Shown here: piece by piece, positions 25,150-37,925 of the stretch
Position numbering within the stretch: the first letter of the stretch is position 1
Layout of the letters: each line of letters starts with the position of its first letter
NCBI RefSeq assembly: GCF_004010195.1
Contig: NC_057718.1
Location: 74,095,604-74,159,603, forward strand
Length of the DNA stretch: 64,000 nucleotides
Direction: 5' to 3'
Source of the DNA: Chiloscyllium plagiosum
Taxonomy: Eukaryota
Translations under genes and position numbers: made by a program
The notes under the pieces: generated by a model
What the model was told of the DNA's origin: nothing
Database searches by the model: none
What the model saw: only the letters and a program-made list of their open reading frames with translations

Positions 25150-25780
25150 TTAGTCGGGACACAATAAATTAGGGGAAATAAGGAAATGACATTGAACAAA
25201 GGTTAGAGCTAGAGAAGTGGTGTATTCCTGGAGGATTTGGGGTTAGACATGAGGGCCATTGCCATTAAGGGGTCAAAGTAAGAGGATAGAAATGAAGATA
25301 TATATGGATTATAAGCCGGTGTTGGTGATTGACAGTAGTTGATAGGTTCCTGGGACTACACAGAATAAAATACAGGTAGTTGAGGCTATGCAGCATGATG
25401 TGTGGAGATGACAAAGACAAAGCTGTTAAAGTAAAGCAGAAAAGTATGGTGTGAATTTACTTTTGTCATTGACAGGAGATGGAGTTGGAAATTCTGCCAA
25501 AGTTTCAATAGGTTTCCATTGTTGACTTCGTCTCTTTCAGCCTAAATTGGAGGCGAAGGAGAGTTTTAAAATTAGTGACTAGGGTTTGACATTTGTGACT
25601 GGATAACTTTGACTCTAGAAAGGTCAGGATTTAACTGGTGAAAATTGATGTTTGTCTAAGGCTAGAGGTGAATAAGAACCCTTGCAATATAAGGTCACAA
25701 TGGTCTGAGGCTGGGAATGGTAGAGAGAGGGAGTGTTATATTTTAACAGCATATTATGAGGTCAATGTCATGTCTGAAAA
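25150..25780 (-). mobile_element. Old L2-like RT fragment
   Basis: Purine-rich decayed sequence resembling antisense L2 ORF2; pattern only. Confidence 0.35.
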
Positions 25781-26209
25781 GCTTTTATTTTAGGGAAAAT
25801 AGAAAATCTAATTCTATTTGGCAGGTCAGTGTGGACTTGTTCGGCCAAAGGGCCTGTTTCCACACTAAGTAAGTAATCTAATCTAATCTAAAATCATGGA
25901 AACAGGCAGATTTCAAGTGTATAATTTTGGAGGAGGAAAATTGGCATTTTCTTCCATGGTGAAAAGAATTTCACTAAACTGGGCAGAGGTTTTAGGTCAA
26001 GAAATTTGTCTTCATTATGATTAGTGTAATCTGTGTGAACTACAGATTTGAAGGCCTCAGTGACTGATTAATCTTAAGCAACTGTGTATGAAGATTTCTT
26101 AAGCAAGTATTTAAGGTAATGCTGCAAGTTCAGCTTCACTTTTTTTTGCAAGATCACCCTGAAGCTGAGACTAAAAAGCCTAAAACAATTGCTAGAGGTG
26201 ATTTCATTT

Positions 26210-26758
26210 TGCTGTTGGTGCGGCCACACTTGGAATATTGTGTACAGTTCTGGCCCCCATATTTTGGGAAGGATGTGGAAGCATTGGACAAGGTGCAGAG
26301 GAGATTTACCAGGATGTTACTTGGTGTGGAGGAAAGATCTTATGAGGAAAGGCTGAGAGACTTGAACCTGTTCTCATTGGCAAGAAGAAGGCTAAGAGGG
26401 GATTTGATAGAGACGTACAAGATGATCAGAGGATTAGGTAAGGTAGACAGTGAAAATCCTTTTCCTAGGATGATGATGTCAGCGTGTACGAGGGGGCATA
26501 ACTACAAATTGAGGGGTGATAGATTTAAGACCGATGTCAGAGGCAGGTTCCTTACGCAGAGAGTGGTAAGGGCGTGGAATGTACTACCTGCTAATATAGT
26601 TAATTCAGCCACATTAGGGACATTTAAACAATCCTTAGATAAGCACATGGATCATTTTGGGATAGTGTAGGGGAATGAGCTGAGAATAGTTCTCAGGTCG
26701 GCGCAACATCGAGGGCCAAAGGGCCTATTCTGTGTCGTATTGTTCTGTGTTCTATGTT
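26210..26758 (+). mobile_element. CR1 LINE 3' end, relatively young (frame still open)
   Basis: LVRPHLEYCVQFWPPYFGKDVEALDKVQRRFTRM...TRGHNYKL...FLTQRVVRAWNVLP; ends about 100 nt upstream of the SNX14 exon at 26859. Confidence 0.92.
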
Positions 26759-26858
26759 TTAACTGTTTCAAATGAAGGTCACAAATATTTTTTTCAAAAG
26801 CTTTCTGAAGTAGTAAGTAATGTGGTTTGAGTATTTACTTATTTTACTTGTGTTTCAG

Positions 26859-26915
26859 CTGACATATGTACTGCTGGACTTAGTACTACAGGAGCTGTTT
26901 CCTGAGCTCAATAAG
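26859..26915 (+). CDS. SNX14: Sorting nexin-14, penultimate coding exon
   Basis: tgtgtttcag|CTGACA...AATAAG|gtaagt; 57 nt, phase 0-0; LTYVLLDLVLQELFPEL NK, the typical end of the Nexin_C domain. Confidence 0.95.
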
Positions 26916-28139
26916 GTAAGTGCAGAGCTGGGCACACCTAATTTGTTTGAGCAATATAGGCCTCTCAGAATTTGGAGAGTTTTGAGTATACTATTCCCAG
27001 ATCTGTACTACTTGAACTTTGAGAGTATTTAAACATTTTGTTGGTTTAGAATGCTTGTAAAGGTTTTAATGGAACATTTTTAGGTTGAAAGGTTTGATGG
27101 CAAGCAGAAAAAGGTTGTTGTTTCAAATTTAAAACAGGCAGCAATGAAATTTAATCTTGTTAGTGTGTGGAATGCCTTGACATGACATGGCAAGGCGAGG
27201 CAAATCTTTTCAAGAAAAACCACTGTAATTTGAAACAGAAGAACATAGAGGCCAGTCGGATTTGTTTTGGACTGGACTGTTGCAGGGTCCAAATGGCCTG
27301 TTTCTGTTGTAAATTCTGTGGTGTGTCTGAACACTGCTCCCTCTCCACTTATATGTCTCAAGTTCTCTCACTGCTTTCACATATATAGTTCAAATATTTT
27401 ACATATATCTCTGAAATGGCTAAACTTCGGTTTCATCTTGCATGTCTGAACTCTCCCTCTCTCTGAAGATTTCTCTCTCCTTCCCCTGTGTCTGACCACA
27501 ATAAATTGTACAAGATCTATGTTACAAAATAATGGATCTCTTATATCATTGCTCACGGTAAGACCTTGGCTGCATTGTCTGGCTGAGTCGTCTGGCTGAA
27601 TCTGTCTGTTTTCAGCTTTTGTGTTGGAAAGTGTCACTCTGTCTCCATTCTTATTATTTATTGCACTGGCTTTATATACTCCATTCTCTAGAATGTGTAA
27701 CTTATGTCACTTACTTCTCTTCTCTGCCACTTCACCATATACTGTCTGCTATTTCTTTGCCTTTTTAACACAAGTTTACAGTATTTAATTGTAAGGATCT
27801 AGAATCACTGATGTGATTTAGCTGCCAAGTTTATCTGAACCAAAAAAAGCCTGCTGAATGCAAACTGATTCAACATGATTCTTCCATAATAAATTTCATG
27901 AGTTGCTTGGGCCACAACTGGAATGAACCATGTTAAGACTCGAGGACTCCGTAAAAAGATGGATAGGCTTAAATTACACAACGCTGTGTCACATGATATG
28001 TGCAGGTCAAGCATTAGCACAGACCAAAGACTTGGAATTGTTTTAACTTTCATTCGGGGAACTCGTGCAGTGAGCAAGACCCACCGTACACAACTGCTTT
28101 TGTTAAAAAGCAAATTGACATAAATTAGAATTAAGGTTG

Positions 28140-29720
28140 AGTGATACCAAACTTAGGGTTTAACAGCTTGAAGATTATAATTGGAAGAGAAAAGTGGGCA
28201 AGATGAGGAGTTCCTCAGTTGAGCTTCAGAGAAACAATATATAAAATTCAGACACTATGAAGAGTTCTTTCTCAACACTGTAGGTTGCAGAAGGTATCAA
28301 CTGTAGGGAATTATAAACAATGTTTGAGTTAGACTATTTAGAGAGGTAGTTTTTAAAAAAAGGCAAGTTTTGGAAATGAGGTGAAGGGGATTGCATTGTA
28401 AAAGTCAAAGTTATCTTGTCTCCTACTTGTAACTCCAAGAAAAGTATCTGAAGGAACCCCTGCTGTGGGAGCAGTATTGACTTGCGAGATTTAAATTTTA
28501 TAGAGAGAACAGTACCCAACAGGGAATGCAGTTTCTTTGAAGAGATGAGGAATTTTCATTTGTAGTCAGTTGTGAGAAAAGAATAAAAAATGTTGATACT
28601 AAATTATGCAAATTCTTATAATTCAAGAGCTGTCAACACAAAGTTCCAACTTTGCTGTAACTTTGTTTTATTAACTTGTTGGATAATTCAATTTTACAGC
28701 ATGGGAGATGTTAATCATTAGGCATAGTTGGACTACCAAATAAATGAAATTATTGAAACAACTTGAGTTATTTATGTGAAAATAATTAGGTGATGGACAC
28801 CCAAAATACGTTGAAGACCTGTTATGTTGACCCCTGTTGATTTTTTTTGAGGAAATGGCAGGTTAAGTTGATGTCAAGTCAGCATTGATTTCCAGTCCTG
28901 GGTAAACTACTGTGCACAAGTTTAAATAAAGCCTGGTGTGTTATAAATCATTTGCTGTAAAAAGGATATGAAAGGCGTTAATTTAGGGAATGGTGGCTGA
29001 GTGAGTAGAATTATACAAGCATTTATACTAGGATTTCTTCAAACTTAATTTAGAAAAGCAATATATGTTGGTTAAATTCACAGGTACTTGGAGTGTAGGA
29101 AATCCACCTACGAAGCTATCGAGGAAGAGTCTGCACGTGCATTGAATTCTATTTGTGATAGTTAAGCTGTTAAACATTGAAAGAAAAAAATACTTGAAGA
29201 CCTATGTTTGGTAGATTGGGAAGTGAACATTGTTTATGCTTTACAGAACAATACTGAGCAAAATAAAATATACAGAATTATCTTGTCACATCAGTAGAAA
29301 ATAAGCCAGAGGCCAATACTGAAGTTGGATAATGGCCACCATCAGGTAACATGTTATGGAACAAGGAACCACCCAGATCTCAGAAATTGTGCAGCAGAAT
29401 GTAACTAAGATGATGTCATGATTCAGTCATAGGGAAAGGTCAACAATATTGAAGCTTTTCAGCTTTGGAAGTCTCAAATGAGAGTGCCCTTGAGATTATG
29501 CAAGATATTAATTTGAGGTAAATCTAGTACCACGTTTAAGCAATGCCTAAAGACACAGTAGATAAACAGAAACATGCAAGAAGTACAGTCGATGTTGTAG
29601 ATGATTTTTGGGAATAATTCTTGTGCAAGTTGCAAATTCCATGATAATGGTAGAGGCACTATCTCCAGCCATTCAAAAGGAAGTGAGATTAGTAGATTCT
29701 CAGTAATGTGGAGCTAATTA
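28140..29720 (+). mobile_element. Highly decayed CR1-like LINE
   Basis: Remnant order of CR1 ORF2 motifs, heavily mutated. Confidence 0.45.
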
Positions 29721-29844
29721 GGCTGAACAGCCTCTATCATCTTCACTTCTCTTTGTGACTAAGTTTGGAGTCACCAAATGTGAGAGGTGATCGCTGTTGG
29801 TTAGATCTGCAAGAAAGCCAAAAAATAAAATCTCTTACGAAGTT

Positions 29845-30168
29845 ATTAGATTAGATTACTTACAGTGTGGAAACAGGCCCTTCGGCCCAACAAGTCCACA
29901 TCGACCCGCCGAAGCGTAACCCACCCAGACCCATTCTCCTACATTTACCCCTTCACCTAACACTACGGGCAATTTATCATGGCCAATTCACCTAACCCCT
30001 GCACATTTTTTTGGATTGTGGGAGGAAACCGGAGCACCCGGAGGAAACCCACGCAGACACATGGAGAACGTGCAAACTCCACACAGTCAGTCGCCTGAGG
30101 CGGGAATTGAACCCGGGTCTCAGGCGCTGTGAAGCAGCAGTGCTAACCACTGTGCTACCGTGCCGCCC
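29845..30168 (-). mobile_element. HE1-like SINE
   Basis: Full head, V-domain and tail. Confidence 0.92.
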
Positions 30169-30550
30169 AATTCTAATTTGGAATTCTAAATACACCATTA
30201 AAAATTATGGACGATATTAGAATGAAATACTTCAGTCACCAAATTAGTTAGTGTGAAGGTTATTTATGAGTGTGTGATTTGATCGTAGTTGATGAATGTG
30301 GAGTAAACTTGTCAACAGTGGGATACAAAGAGTTGGAATATGAGTGGAGGTGATTGTCACCTGGTCCCTTCTTTCTAAAAGCTGTTCCTTTTCTGAAGGA
30401 TACTGTATCCTTGCTTTTTTCAGAGGGTCATAAAATGCTCCCGGTTCCGATTAGACTGGCTTGGTACACAGATTAAAGGGTATTGAGAGGCCTTTTTGTT
30501 TATATGTAAACAGATGAGACTTCAGGCAAAAGTGGTCATATTTTAGAAGT

Positions 30551-30712
30551 AAGTGGGGACTGCAGATGCTGGAGATCATTCCTGAAGAAGGGCTCATGCC
30601 CGAAACGTCAATTCTCCTTATTCCTGAAGAAGGGATCATGCCCGAAACGTCGATTTTCCTGCTCCTTGGATGCTGCCTGACCTGCTGCACTTTTCCAGCA
30701 ACACATTTTCAG
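30551..30712 (+). mobile_element. Penelope family-A mini-insertion with tandem hammerhead dimer, inside the 5' LTR
   Basis: TSD catattttagaagt (30537-30550) / catattttacaagt (30713-30726); the empty site is visible in the 3' LTR (catgttttagaagtgacc, about 35851). Confidence 0.85.
30578..30655 (+). ncRNA. Two tandem minimal hammerhead motifs, 42 nt apart
   Basis: CTGAAGA at 30582 and 30624, each followed by GGG..CCC helix II and GAAACGTC. Confidence 0.72.
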
Positions 30713-33700
30713 CATATTTTACAAGTGACCTATACAATGAAAGGGGAATGATCAGCTGAGCAGTTCAGTGTAGAACTAGTTGGGAGTTCAGTAGACTGTA
30801 TGAACAAGCTCCCTCTCTTCCTGCCCTTCTAACTTCAACCTGAAAGCATCTGTTCCATTTTTTAACCTGTGTTTTAAGGGGATTTGCTTATTGGGGAACA
30901 CCACATCTCCAAACCAAGAAATGAAACAGTTTGAATCACGATTAAAAGCAGCAGAGAGGGTAAAAGAGAGCAGCAGAAGAGAAAGTGAAAGAGCTTTTAT
31001 ACTTCAAAAACTGATACTTAAAAAGGAAATTCAGCTTAAAAGGCTGGAGATAAAGGCTGATGGTAGGCTTAGTGAGGATGAGCAAGTCCCTGGTAGTCAG
31101 AAGCCTAGTGAGAAACTATTTAAGCATGTTCAAACATTGCCTAAATTTGATGAAAAGGTGACTAAACAAAAGCAGTAGCCAGTGGCAATTGGGTTTTGTT
31201 GATCCAAACAAAACTTGTAGGTAGGGCTGGTGAGGTATTTGCATCACTATCAGAAGAGGTATCTGGAGAGTATGAGGAGGTGAAAAAAGCCACTTCAAGT
31301 GCATATGAGCTTGTAGCAGAAGCCTATAGACAATGTTTCAGGAATCTAAGGAGAGACCCAGGTCAAACCTATGTTGAGTTTGAAAGGATCAAACAGAGTA
31401 ATTTCGATAGATGGATAAGAGCTTTAAAAATTGAGCAAACCTATGATGCCCTTAGAGAGGTAATTATTTTGGAGGGATTCAAAAGTTCACTGCCTGAAGT
31501 AGTGCAAACACATGTGGAAATGACAAGGTTAGCAGCTGAAGTGGTTGATGATTATGAGCTGGTCCATAAAACGAGGTTTGGCTTCTAGAATCAGTTTCAG
31601 TTCTTGAAGGATAGAAATTGGGCCAAAGAGAAATCCTCACACGGAAAGGGGAAGATAGATCTCAGTGAAGATCATAAGAATAACTTATCACAGGGTAAAA
31701 AATAAATCATTGAGGGGGACAAAGAAATTAAAAAGCTCCGGCGTTTTCATTGTAATAAAGTGGGCCACATGAAATCAGTGTTGGTGGGCTAGGAGAAAGC
31801 CAAATGTAGGAAAACCAGACAAGCCTGGGAGTTTTGTTGGACTAGTAACAAAAAGCACGAGGGAAGTTAGACAACTGCCTCAGGGTGTACAAGATGATCA
31901 GAGGTTGAAAAAAGAGGAAGTACCAGATCTGCTTAAAAAAATATACCTACAAGGGTAAAGGTTATGCACATAGGCCAGGAGTAGCAGGGAAAGGGTTACA
32001 ATATTAAAGGACACAGGATCCCCTCAGTCTGTAATGCCGAAGGATGAGGAGATATGTACTCCTGAAGAACTGTTGCCAGAAAAGGTACTGGTAACAGGAA
32101 TTCATGGTGACACAAATGCTCAGTTATGTAAAGTGAGGTTAGAGAGTCCAGAAAAGAGCGGAGAATTTGTGGTAGGAGTACTGGATAAACTCTCAGCTGC
32201 AGGAATACAATTTGTCCTTGCAAATGATATCGCTGATTCATCAGTAGGCGTTCTGCCTACTCTAGTTGAAAAGCCAGTGGAGACATAGGCAACTGAAGAA
32301 ATGAAGAATGCTTATCCAGGAATTTTCCCAGATTATGTGATCATAAGGTCACAGAGGCTCAAGTTGAAGCAGGAGAGATCAAGAGGCACAGATAAGGAAG
32401 CTGACATAGCTTTATCTGAGACTTTCTTTTATCAGATAAGTGGGACACAACAGGAGCAACTAGGTAAACATGCAAGTTTCTTTAGCTCTGCTTGCTTATT
32501 GAGTTACAGCAGAAAGATGAGAACGTAAAACAGTTATGTCAAAAGACATTTACAGAGGAGAGTGAATGCATCCCTGTGTGTTATTACTTAATAAATAATG
32601 TCTTAATGAGGAAATGGAGGCCATCACACATTTCAAGCAGATGAGAAATAGGCAGAGATAGGCATCAAATTGTTATGCCAGTAGGCTATAGAAAGGAGGT
32701 GTTGCAAATGGCACATGAGCTACCACTTGGATGTCATTTAGGGGTGAGGAAAACGCTGGCTAAAATACAAAAACATTTTTACTGGCCTGGAATATACAAG
32801 GATGTAGTTGAATTTTGCCAGACGTGTCACACATGTCAGCTAATCTGAAAACCACCGGCAGTAATAAAACCTGCACCTTAATACCCATTCCAGCATTTGT
32901 GGAACCTTTCACAAGAATCTTGATTGATTGCGTCGGTTACCTACCTCAGACAAAAAGTGGGAAGAATTATTTATTAACAATAATGGATGTGTCGACTAGA
33001 TTTCCAGAGGCAATCCCATTATGCAATGTCACAGTACTTTCTTTTTACTAGGTGTGGACTACCAATAGCAATCCAGTTAGATCAAGGTTCAAAGTTCACA
33101 TCCAAACTATTCAAGGAAGTTATGGATAACTTGGGAATAAAGCAATTCAAATCTACTGCGTACCATCCAGAATTGCAGGGAGCGATTGATCAAACACCAA
33201 AGACCATGTTGAGGGCTTGTCAGGATTATCCAGATGATTGGGATAAGGGAGTTCCATTTGTTGTACTTGTGATCAGAGATGCACCAAATGAATTATCCAA
33301 ATTCAGTCTATTTGAATTAATGTTTGGGCATGAAGTAAGAGGACCATTAAAATTGATTAAGGAGAAATTAATAACTCAGAATTCAGAGACCACCCATTTG
33401 ATCTGTGTGTCAAATTTTAGAGAACGATTAAATAGAGCTGAAGAATTGGCTAGACAGCATTTAAAAGTATCACAGCATACAGTGAAACAGGAAGTGAATA
33501 AGAAATCACAAATTTGCAATTTTGCAATTGGGGATAAGATATTGGTGTTATTTCCAGTAACAGGTGAGCCTTTAAAAGCATGGTTTAGTGGACCCTATCA
33601 AATCAAGAGGAAATTGAGTGAGGTGAACTACTTGATAAGGACCTCAGACAGGAAGAAATCTCTGTGTGTCATGTGAATATGTTTAAAAGGTATTTTGATG

Positions 33701-33725
33701 GGAAGGAAAGCAAGAGGAGAAGGTT

Positions 33726-34062
33726 TAGATTAGATTAGATTACTTACAGTGTGGAAACAGGCCCTTCGGCCCAACAAGTCCACACCAACCCGCCGAAGGC
33801 ACCCACCCAGACCCATTCCCCTACATTTACCCCTGCACCTAACACTACGGGCAATTTAGTATAGCCAATTCACCTAACCTGCACATTTTTGGACTGTGGG
33901 AGGAAACCAGAGCACCCGGAGGAAACACACATAGACATTGGTAGAATGTGCAAACTCCACACAGTCAGTCGCCTGAGGTGGGAATTGAATCCAAGTCTCT
34001 GGCACTGTGAGGCAGCAGTGCTAACCACTGTGCCACCATACCGCCCACTGCCACTGTGCCGC
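33726..34062 (-). mobile_element. HE1-like SINE nested in the Gypsy pol (between IN and RT)
   Basis: (ttaga)n tail, V-domain and head. Confidence 0.92.
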
Positions 34063-37000
34063 TCAGGTGTTAATGATTACAGCACACAAGGAAGAACAGA
34101 GTTCAGAGGCTTCTGAATTGGACATTCCTCAAATCAAATTGGACAATGAAGAAGTTATTGAACATTGGGATAAATTATTGAATTGCTTTCCACAAGAAAA
34201 TCAAAATGACCTGAGAGTTATGACTATCACATGGGTAGGTATGCAGAAACAGACTGGGAAGTACTAACCTAATTGTGCATGATGTAGATATAGGAGGTGC
34301 TGTTCCGATTAAGCAACATCCTTATAGGCATAAACCTCTAAAGTACAGGTTCAGAAGGAGATAGAGTGCACGTTTCAAGATGGCATAATTGAAGTGAGTT
34401 ACAATGGCTGGAGCTCACCCATCGTCATGGCGCCCAAGCCAGATGGTACCCAACGGTTTTGTGTGGACTATCGCAAAATCAATGCCATTAAAAAGACTAA
34501 TGCTTATCCAATTCCATGGTTGGAGGACTGTGTCAAAAAGGTGGGACAAGTAACTTACGTTTCTAAGTTGGACTTGCTCAGAGGCTACTATATCTCTGTC
34601 AGAGAGAGCAGAGGCAACTTCTGCTTTCATAACTTCAAATGGACTATATCAGTTCAAAGTCATGCCATTTGGTATGAAAACACTCCAGCCACATTTCAGA
34701 GACTGACTAATAAGGTCATTGCCAGATTACCCAACTGTGTGGTGTATATTGATGACCTGATGATTTTTAGTCACTCATGGAAGGAACATTTACAGCAATT
34801 ATTGGACTTGTAAGATCGACTTCGGGAGACAGGCTTGGTGGTAAACCTAGCTAAAAGTGAAATGGCCAAAGCCCAAGTCACCTTCCTGCGCCGTGTTATT
34901 GGACATGGATAAATGGCCTCAAAGGATGCGAAAACAAAAGTAATTGGGGTATTTCCCACACTCGATGGAAAAAGCAGTACTATGGTTCCTGGGATTGAGT
35001 GGATTTTACTGAAGATTTGTGTCGAACTTTAGCAATGAGGCTGCTCCACTCACCAAATTGTTAAAAAAAAAAGTAAGAAATTTCAGTGGACAGCGGACTG
35101 TCAAAAGGCATTTGACCGCCTCAAAACTGTGTTAACCACTGCCCCAGTATTAGCTACCCTGGATTATACGAAGCCTTTCAAGGTGGCTATCAATGCCAGT
35201 GATGGGTGTTAGGTGTTTTTCCAGGTAGTTGAATTTTCATCAACAGAAATATTCAACGATGGAGAAAGAAACTTTAAGCTTGGTGATGGCATTACAACAT
35301 TTTAGTGTTTATATTACCAGCAGTGTATCTGATACAGTCGTATACACTGATTATAACCCATTGACATTTGTGGAAAAATTTAAGGACAAAAGTGTCGGAC
35401 TGTTTAGATGGAGCTTGTTGTTGCACCTATTCAATTTGACAATTGTGCATGTGACAGGTCGCGGAAACGTGATTACCGATGCGTTATTGAGACTCCGATA
35501 AGATATGGAGGTCTTCGGTGGCAGGTGTGCCATGGCCTGAATTCTCATGTAGTTATGTATTGTTAACATAGTGTGCATATTTGTTTTAGAAGTTTGTTTT
35601 GGAAGGGTTTTAAAAATGACACCATCTTTTGTTATTGATGGTTCTTTTTTTTTTAAGGGGGGAGGTGTCACAAAGTGGCCCCTTTTTTCCAAAAGCTGTT
35701 CCTTTTCTCAAGGATACTGTATCCTTGTTTTTTTCAGAGGGTCATAAAATGCTCCCGGTTCCCATTAGACTGGTTTGGTACAGAGATTAAAGGGTATTGA
35801 GAGGTCTTTTTGTTTATATGTAAACAGATGAGACTTCAGGCCAAAGTGGTCATGTTTTAGAAGTGACCTGTATAATGAAAGGGGAATGGTCAGCTCTCTA
35901 GCTGAGCAATTCAGTCCAGTACTGGTTGGAAGTTCAGCAGTGGACTGTGAACAGGCTCTCTCTTCTCTACTCTTCTCTTCTCACTTCAACCTATAAGCAT
36001 CTGTTCCTTTTTTTTTTTTACTGTGTTTTAAGGGGGTTTGCTTAGTCTGACTGTTGTGTGTATTCGGAACAGCGTAGCTAAGTGTAGTTTGGATAGACTG
36101 AGTTCTGTCGAGGTTCTTTATTCTGTTCTTTGTTTTATTGTGTAATTTTGTGAATATATTTTTGTCTTTTTTTTTAAATCTGGTAGTCAACCTAGTCAAT
36201 CTACTCTAGTAACTTTCCCTGTGCACTTTCTGAATCAAATTGCAAAGTTTATGGTCTGGGCTGCCTGCTTAAAAATGTTTTGTGGTCTGGCCCAGTCCAT
36301 TAAATAATCAAATGGAAGAAAAAGCTATCTTTTGAAATATTGATGGTTATTTAATTTTAGTTTGGCTGTTTCTTGTTAATTCCTTGTTTGTTTCATGAGT
36401 CTTGGCCACCTTGTGATCAGGTGATGACTGTGGCAATCTTGAGTCAGTACTCTTCATCTCTTTCCAAAACCATTTCAATCCATTAAAGTCCCAGGTACTA
36501 TGTTGGGTAATGAACTTTGAAAATCAGTACTCTATTTTCTGAAAATAAAGGTGACTATTTTAAAATAAGAAGTTGTCTATTTTTTACTGAGCTGAAGAGA
36601 AATTTGAAGATCAGGTCTTTGAAACTGTCTTCCTCAAAAGGTAATGGAAGCAGAGTGTTGTTAAATATTTTAATGCAGACATAGGTATATCCTTGATGAG
36701 TAAAGAAATGAAAAGTTATCGGGAGGTAGTCCGATCAGCCATGATCTTATTGAATGGCGGAGCAGGCCTGAGGGTCAAGTGACCTGTTCCTGCTCCTTGG
36801 TATATTTGTATGCTTGCATAATCGGGGGTATTTAGGGAATGAAATATTTATGCATGTCAATCTAATACTGAGGGTTCTGAATCTAGGCACAACGTAACAC
36901 ATGTACACATAGGGCTTTGTGTAATATGTCTTAATACTGTATTTTAGGTTGCAGCCAAAATACAGAATGACAGGTTTCAATTCCTGCTACTATTTAGTCT

Positions 37001-37087
37001 TTGAGTTGACAATTTATTGCCAAGAAGTGTGTTTTACTTTCAAGGGATTTTATTAAGAGTTAGAGGTACAGTTACAACATTTAGGGA

Positions 37088-37385
37088 ATGGCAGCATGGT
37101 GGCTCAGTGATTAGCACTGCTGCCTCACAGCGCCAGGGTTCGATTGCAGCCTTGGGTGACTGTGCAAACTCCACACAGGCATTCTCCCCGTGTCTGAGAG
37201 TTTCCTCCGGGTGCTCTGGTTTTCTCGCACAGTCCAAAGATGTGCAGGTCAGGTGAATTGGCCATTCTAAATTGCTCATGGTGTTAGGTGCTTTAGTTAT
37301 AGGGAAATAGGTCTCTGTGGGTTTCTCTTCGGAGGGTCGGTGTGGACTTGTTGGGCCGAAGGGCCTATTTCCACACTGTAGAGAA
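37088..37385 (+). mobile_element. HE1-like SINE, followed by a CR1 3' tail (to about 37535)
   Basis: A box tggctcagtga, B box ggttcgattgc, V-domain. Confidence 0.88.
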
Positions 37386-37640
37386 TGTAAAACATTTAAA
37401 AGACAAGTACATGATAGAAAGGGTTGAGAGAGATAGGGGCCAAACACTGGCAAATTGGACTAGATTAGTTTGGAAAACTCTGTCGGCATGGACAGGTTGA
37501 ACCAAAAAGGGTTTCTGTGCTGTATGACTCTATGGCTGATGTAGTGAGAAAGAAAACTGAAAATATCTCTGTTCTAAATACATTTGGAATCTGTGTCCAT
37601 TTTGAAGAATATTTGTCTGAATGGTTTTAATCTATTACAG

Positions 37641-37679
37641 GTGCAGAAAGAGATAGCATCTGTTTCCATGTGGAAGTGA
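37641..37679 (+). CDS. SNX14: Sorting nexin-14, terminal exon coding part with stop codon
   Basis: tctattacag|GTG CAG AAA GAG ATA GCA TCT GTT TCC ATG TGG AAG TGA = VQKEIASVSMWK*, resembling the SNX14 C-terminus VQKEVTSVTSWM. Confidence 0.92.
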   Translation: MQKEIASVSMWK

Positions 37680-37925
37680 AGAATACTGCTACCCATCTTC
37701 CATTGTGAGATCCTTTTTTTTTAGGAGCTGGAGTGCAATAGAACCATGCTGTATCAATGTGGCAGAATTATGTGTATGCAATACTGAATGTTTTTAATGA
37801 AACTTGTGTAAGTAAATGTGAATATTAGTTTTATGAAATTCATGTGAATGTGAACATTAATTTAAACCTATGTGTATTACACTACACTACACCAATAAAG
37901 GATATTGTATCATTGTGTTGTGGAA
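37680..37925 (+). promoter_or_regulatory. SNX14: SNX14 3' UTR with polyadenylation signal AATAAA (37894-37899) and downstream GU-rich element
   Basis: AT-rich non-repeat sequence after the stop; AATAAA followed about 15-25 nt later by ttgtgttgtgg. Confidence 0.7.

Larger units (their letters stand above)
30355..36304 (+). mobile_element. Gmr1-type Gypsy LTR retrotransposon (decayed) in the last SNX14 intron
   Basis: 5' LTR from TGTCAC at 30355 (truncated about 30890); 3' LTR from TGTCAC at 35666 after PPT aaggggggagg; gag, knuckle FHCNKVGH (about 31745), protease LKDTGS (about 32005), integrase about 32700-33690, RT (WSSPIVMAPKPDG, CVDYRKIN, YIDD) about 34260-34960, RNase H (YSTMEKETL, VYTDYNPL) to 35501; 3' end approximate. 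Confidence 0.92.

Noticed and set aside
26119..26670. 183-aa ORF as a host gene or SNX14 exon
   Set aside because: It is the CR1 ORF2 C-terminus; the SNX14 exons join in frame without it
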